From assembly GCA_964514965.1 (NCBI GenBank), contig CAZETV010000002.1, forward strand, positions 90,001 to 122,000: 32,000 nt of DNA. Reading direction: 5' to 3'. Source of the stretch: Candidatus Hadarchaeota archaeon (GTDB lineage: Archaea > Hadarchaeota > Hadarchaeia > Hadarchaeales > Hadarchaeaceae). Positions 30,530-32,000 of this stretch are shown here, piece after piece; the stretch's first letter is position 1; every line of letters begins with the position of its first letter. Under the pieces are notes generated by a model. The model ran no database searches, had not been told where the DNA came from, and worked only from the letters and a program-made list of their open reading frames with translations. Position numbers and translations under genes: made by a program.

Positions 30530-30556
30530 GGGCTTGAACCTATCCGGGCCCGCCAT
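30530..30556 (+). other. Degenerate duplicate of tRNA-Lys 3' end (putative distal att)
   Basis: GGGCTTGAACCTATCCGGGCCCGCCAT vs tRNA GGGTTCGAATCCCTCCGGGCCCGCCAT, 22/27 identical, last 14 exact. Confidence 0.75.
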
Positions 30557-30600
30557 ATGTATACCGTAAGTTTTGCCCAATTCTAGCGGTACGAGTAAAC

Positions 30601-31377
30601 TCAATCGAGGCGCACGACTTCAATCTTCTTTAAGTCACAAACGCCAAGCTTTGCTTCTTGGGCGAGTTTCAGGTGCCCTACAGTAGAAGGGTCAATCCCT
30701 AGAACGGTGGACCCCACAGCATCGGCCGCGATCGGATCGTTTGAAAAAATCATCACATCAAACCGCTTTCGTTCGCCACCCAACTCCGAGCTTAAACTGA
30801 GCCGCCCGTCAATCACCGCTAAATCGGGGAGCTTGTAGCGGTTGATGTCGACGATGCTCTCTTCGATGCCCAGCTTGTGAAATCTGCCCTTATCCCGTCC
30901 GATGGTGGCGCCGAGCATGTTCTTTAGCGAGAGCGTTACACGGGCTGATGAATGCTGTTTCAAAACAGCCACCGATATCAAATAGGTGCCCTTTAAAACC
31001 ATTGGGAACTCGAACCGCTTCAGCACTGCTGCCTCCGCTTTTTTCAAAACCTCGAACTCCTCCGAATTTAAGTCAACTAGCTTCACCCCGTGATAATTCG
31101 CCAATTCAACATAACCCTGATTACGATAGATAGTGTGGGTGCCCCCAAACCCTGAACCCTCGGCGACGATAAGTTGATTATCGTCCTTGAAAAATTTCAC
31201 GAGAGCTTCAACGGTGTCGGTAGGAGTCGTAACGGGATATGGGCGATCGGCGATGAGGTTAGGTTTTATCACCACTTTCCTGCGATGAACTTCAACACCC
31301 AAAGAGCGCAGGCCCTTTGGTACCATCGTGGTGGGGTCGTTTCCTCTTACAACAACAACTTTCGACATGCCCCTCAC
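30601..31377 (-). CDS. DUF362 domain-containing protein
   Basis: VVIKPNLIADRPYPVTTPTDTVEALVKFFKD, IVAEGSGF, YLISVAVLKQHSSARVTLSLKNMLGATIG, DLAVIDGRLSLSSELGG, NDPIAADAVGSTVLGIDP. Confidence 0.87.
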   Translation of the reverse strand: MRGMSKVVVVRGNDPTTMVPKGLRSLGVEVHRRKVVIKPNLIADRPYPVTTPTDTVEALVKFFKDDNQLIVAEGSGFGGTHTIYRNQGYVELANYHGVKLVDLNSEEFEVLKKAEAAVLKRFEFPMVLKGTYLISVAVLKQHSSARVTLSLKNMLGATIGRDKGRFHKLGIEESIVDINRYKLPDLAVIDGRLSLSSELGGERKRFDVMIFSNDPIAADAVGSTVLGIDPSTVGHLKLAQEAKLGVCDLKKIEVVRLD

Positions 31378-31442
31378 ACTTGTTTATCTAATTATAAAGT
31401 TAAAATGGTCACCCAGAAAGCGATATGGCTGCTAAGAAAGAA

Positions 31443-32000
31443 CTAAAATTTCGCATACTTACTCAAGCCGAGTTCCTTTAACTTCTCAGGGGTCGGCTTA
31501 CCTTTCTTCCACCCGCGCAGGGCATAGTACTCATCGAGCATCGCCCCCAGCTTGACAACATGACCTTTAGACGGACCCTCGGGCATCGATTCTTTGAGCA
31601 AACGTTTGGGTAGCGTGTCGTCCTTGCGGCCAAAGCCCTCGCGGTTGATGAAGAGCCGCTCAAGAGTATAGATACGATCACCGGCTTTCAACAGCTCATC
31701 GGGCGACCAGTTCCACCCTGTTATCGCGTTTAGCATCTCTACTATTTCAGGCATCCAAATGGCGAGGGTCGCAAATTTACAAAAGACGGCCGAATCACAG
31801 ATTGCGAATAGGTCTTGAAGAGTCTTCACCCACTGCGCCTTTCCCTCAGTGGCGAAGCGGTCAAGTCGTTTGGACACACCAAAAATTTCAGGACCTGTCA
31901 TGTAAGCTCGAAGGTGGCAGCTACCACTATTTGAGGTCGCGTATGCCAGCCCGTGTCCCTGAGAACCACGCGAATCATACGCAGACATTTCAAGTCCTTT
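31443..32000 (-). CDS. Aldehyde:ferredoxin oxidoreductase (tungsten-dependent), C-terminal part; continues past window end
   Basis: KGLEMSAYDSRGSQGHGLAYATSNSGSCHLRAYMTGPEIFG, FATLAIWMPEIVEMLNAITGWNWSPDELLKAGDRIYTLERLFINREGFGRKDDTLPKRLL; still open upstream of track ATG 31988. Confidence 0.93.
   Translation of the reverse strand, partial: KGLEMSAYDSRGSQGHGLAYATSNSGSCHLRAYMTGPEIFGVSKRLDRFATEGKAQWVKTLQDLFAICDSAVFCKFATLAIWMPEIVEMLNAITGWNWSPDELLKAGDRIYTLERLFINREGFGRKDDTLPKRLLKESMPEGPSKGHVVKLGAMLDEYYALRGWKKGKPTPEKLKELGLSKYAKF

Larger units (their letters stand above)
17733..30556. mobile_element. Inferred tRNA-Lys-anchored integrated/accreted island (~12.8 kb)
   Basis: tRNA 3'-end 17710-17736 repeated degenerately at 30530-30556 (22/27 identical, last 14 nt TCCGGGCCCGCCAT exact); internal composite repeats; accessory gene content and gene fragments. 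No integrase seen. Confidence 0.6.

Overview
Archaeal chromosomal window. Positions 1-17.5 kb look like ordinary core genes: Lhr-like helicase, acylphosphatase, MPG-type glycosylase, pabB/pabC-like pair, NAC, PUA protein, malate/lactate dehydrogenase family, DUF431 SPOUT protein, pgk, gap, a riboflavin cluster ribK-ribB-ribC-ribH-arfB, TauE/SafE permease, a fucose-isomerase-like protein, DUF357 and diphthine synthase. At 17637-17735 there is a tRNA-Lys(CTT) that only folds after removal of a 22-nt insert in the D-arm; the insert has bulge-helix-bulge geometry. This tRNA seems to anchor an accessory island of about 12.8 kb. A degenerate copy of the tRNA 3' end lies at about 30530-30556, and tRNA-3'-like CCA-ending sequences precede repeat units at about 29048-29069 and 30365-30387. 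Directly after three of these four sites sits a composite repeat; copies 1 and 2 share 189 bp that read as identical at 11.3 kb spacing. Two unrelated toxin-antitoxin pairs (AbiEi/AbiEii and wHTH-MNT/HEPN) each start just downstream of a repeat copy. The rest of the island holds a SatD-like gene, a truncated PHP fragment, a frameshifted Ig/FN3-like surface protein, a GAF-like ORF, and a 5'-truncated phospholipase-D protein with three NEW3-like + DNRLRE-like modules. The best candidate for an undescribed system is this tRNA-anchored, serially accreted TA-cassette island with shared repeat ends. No integrase is visible. All family names are from memory of motifs, without database searches.
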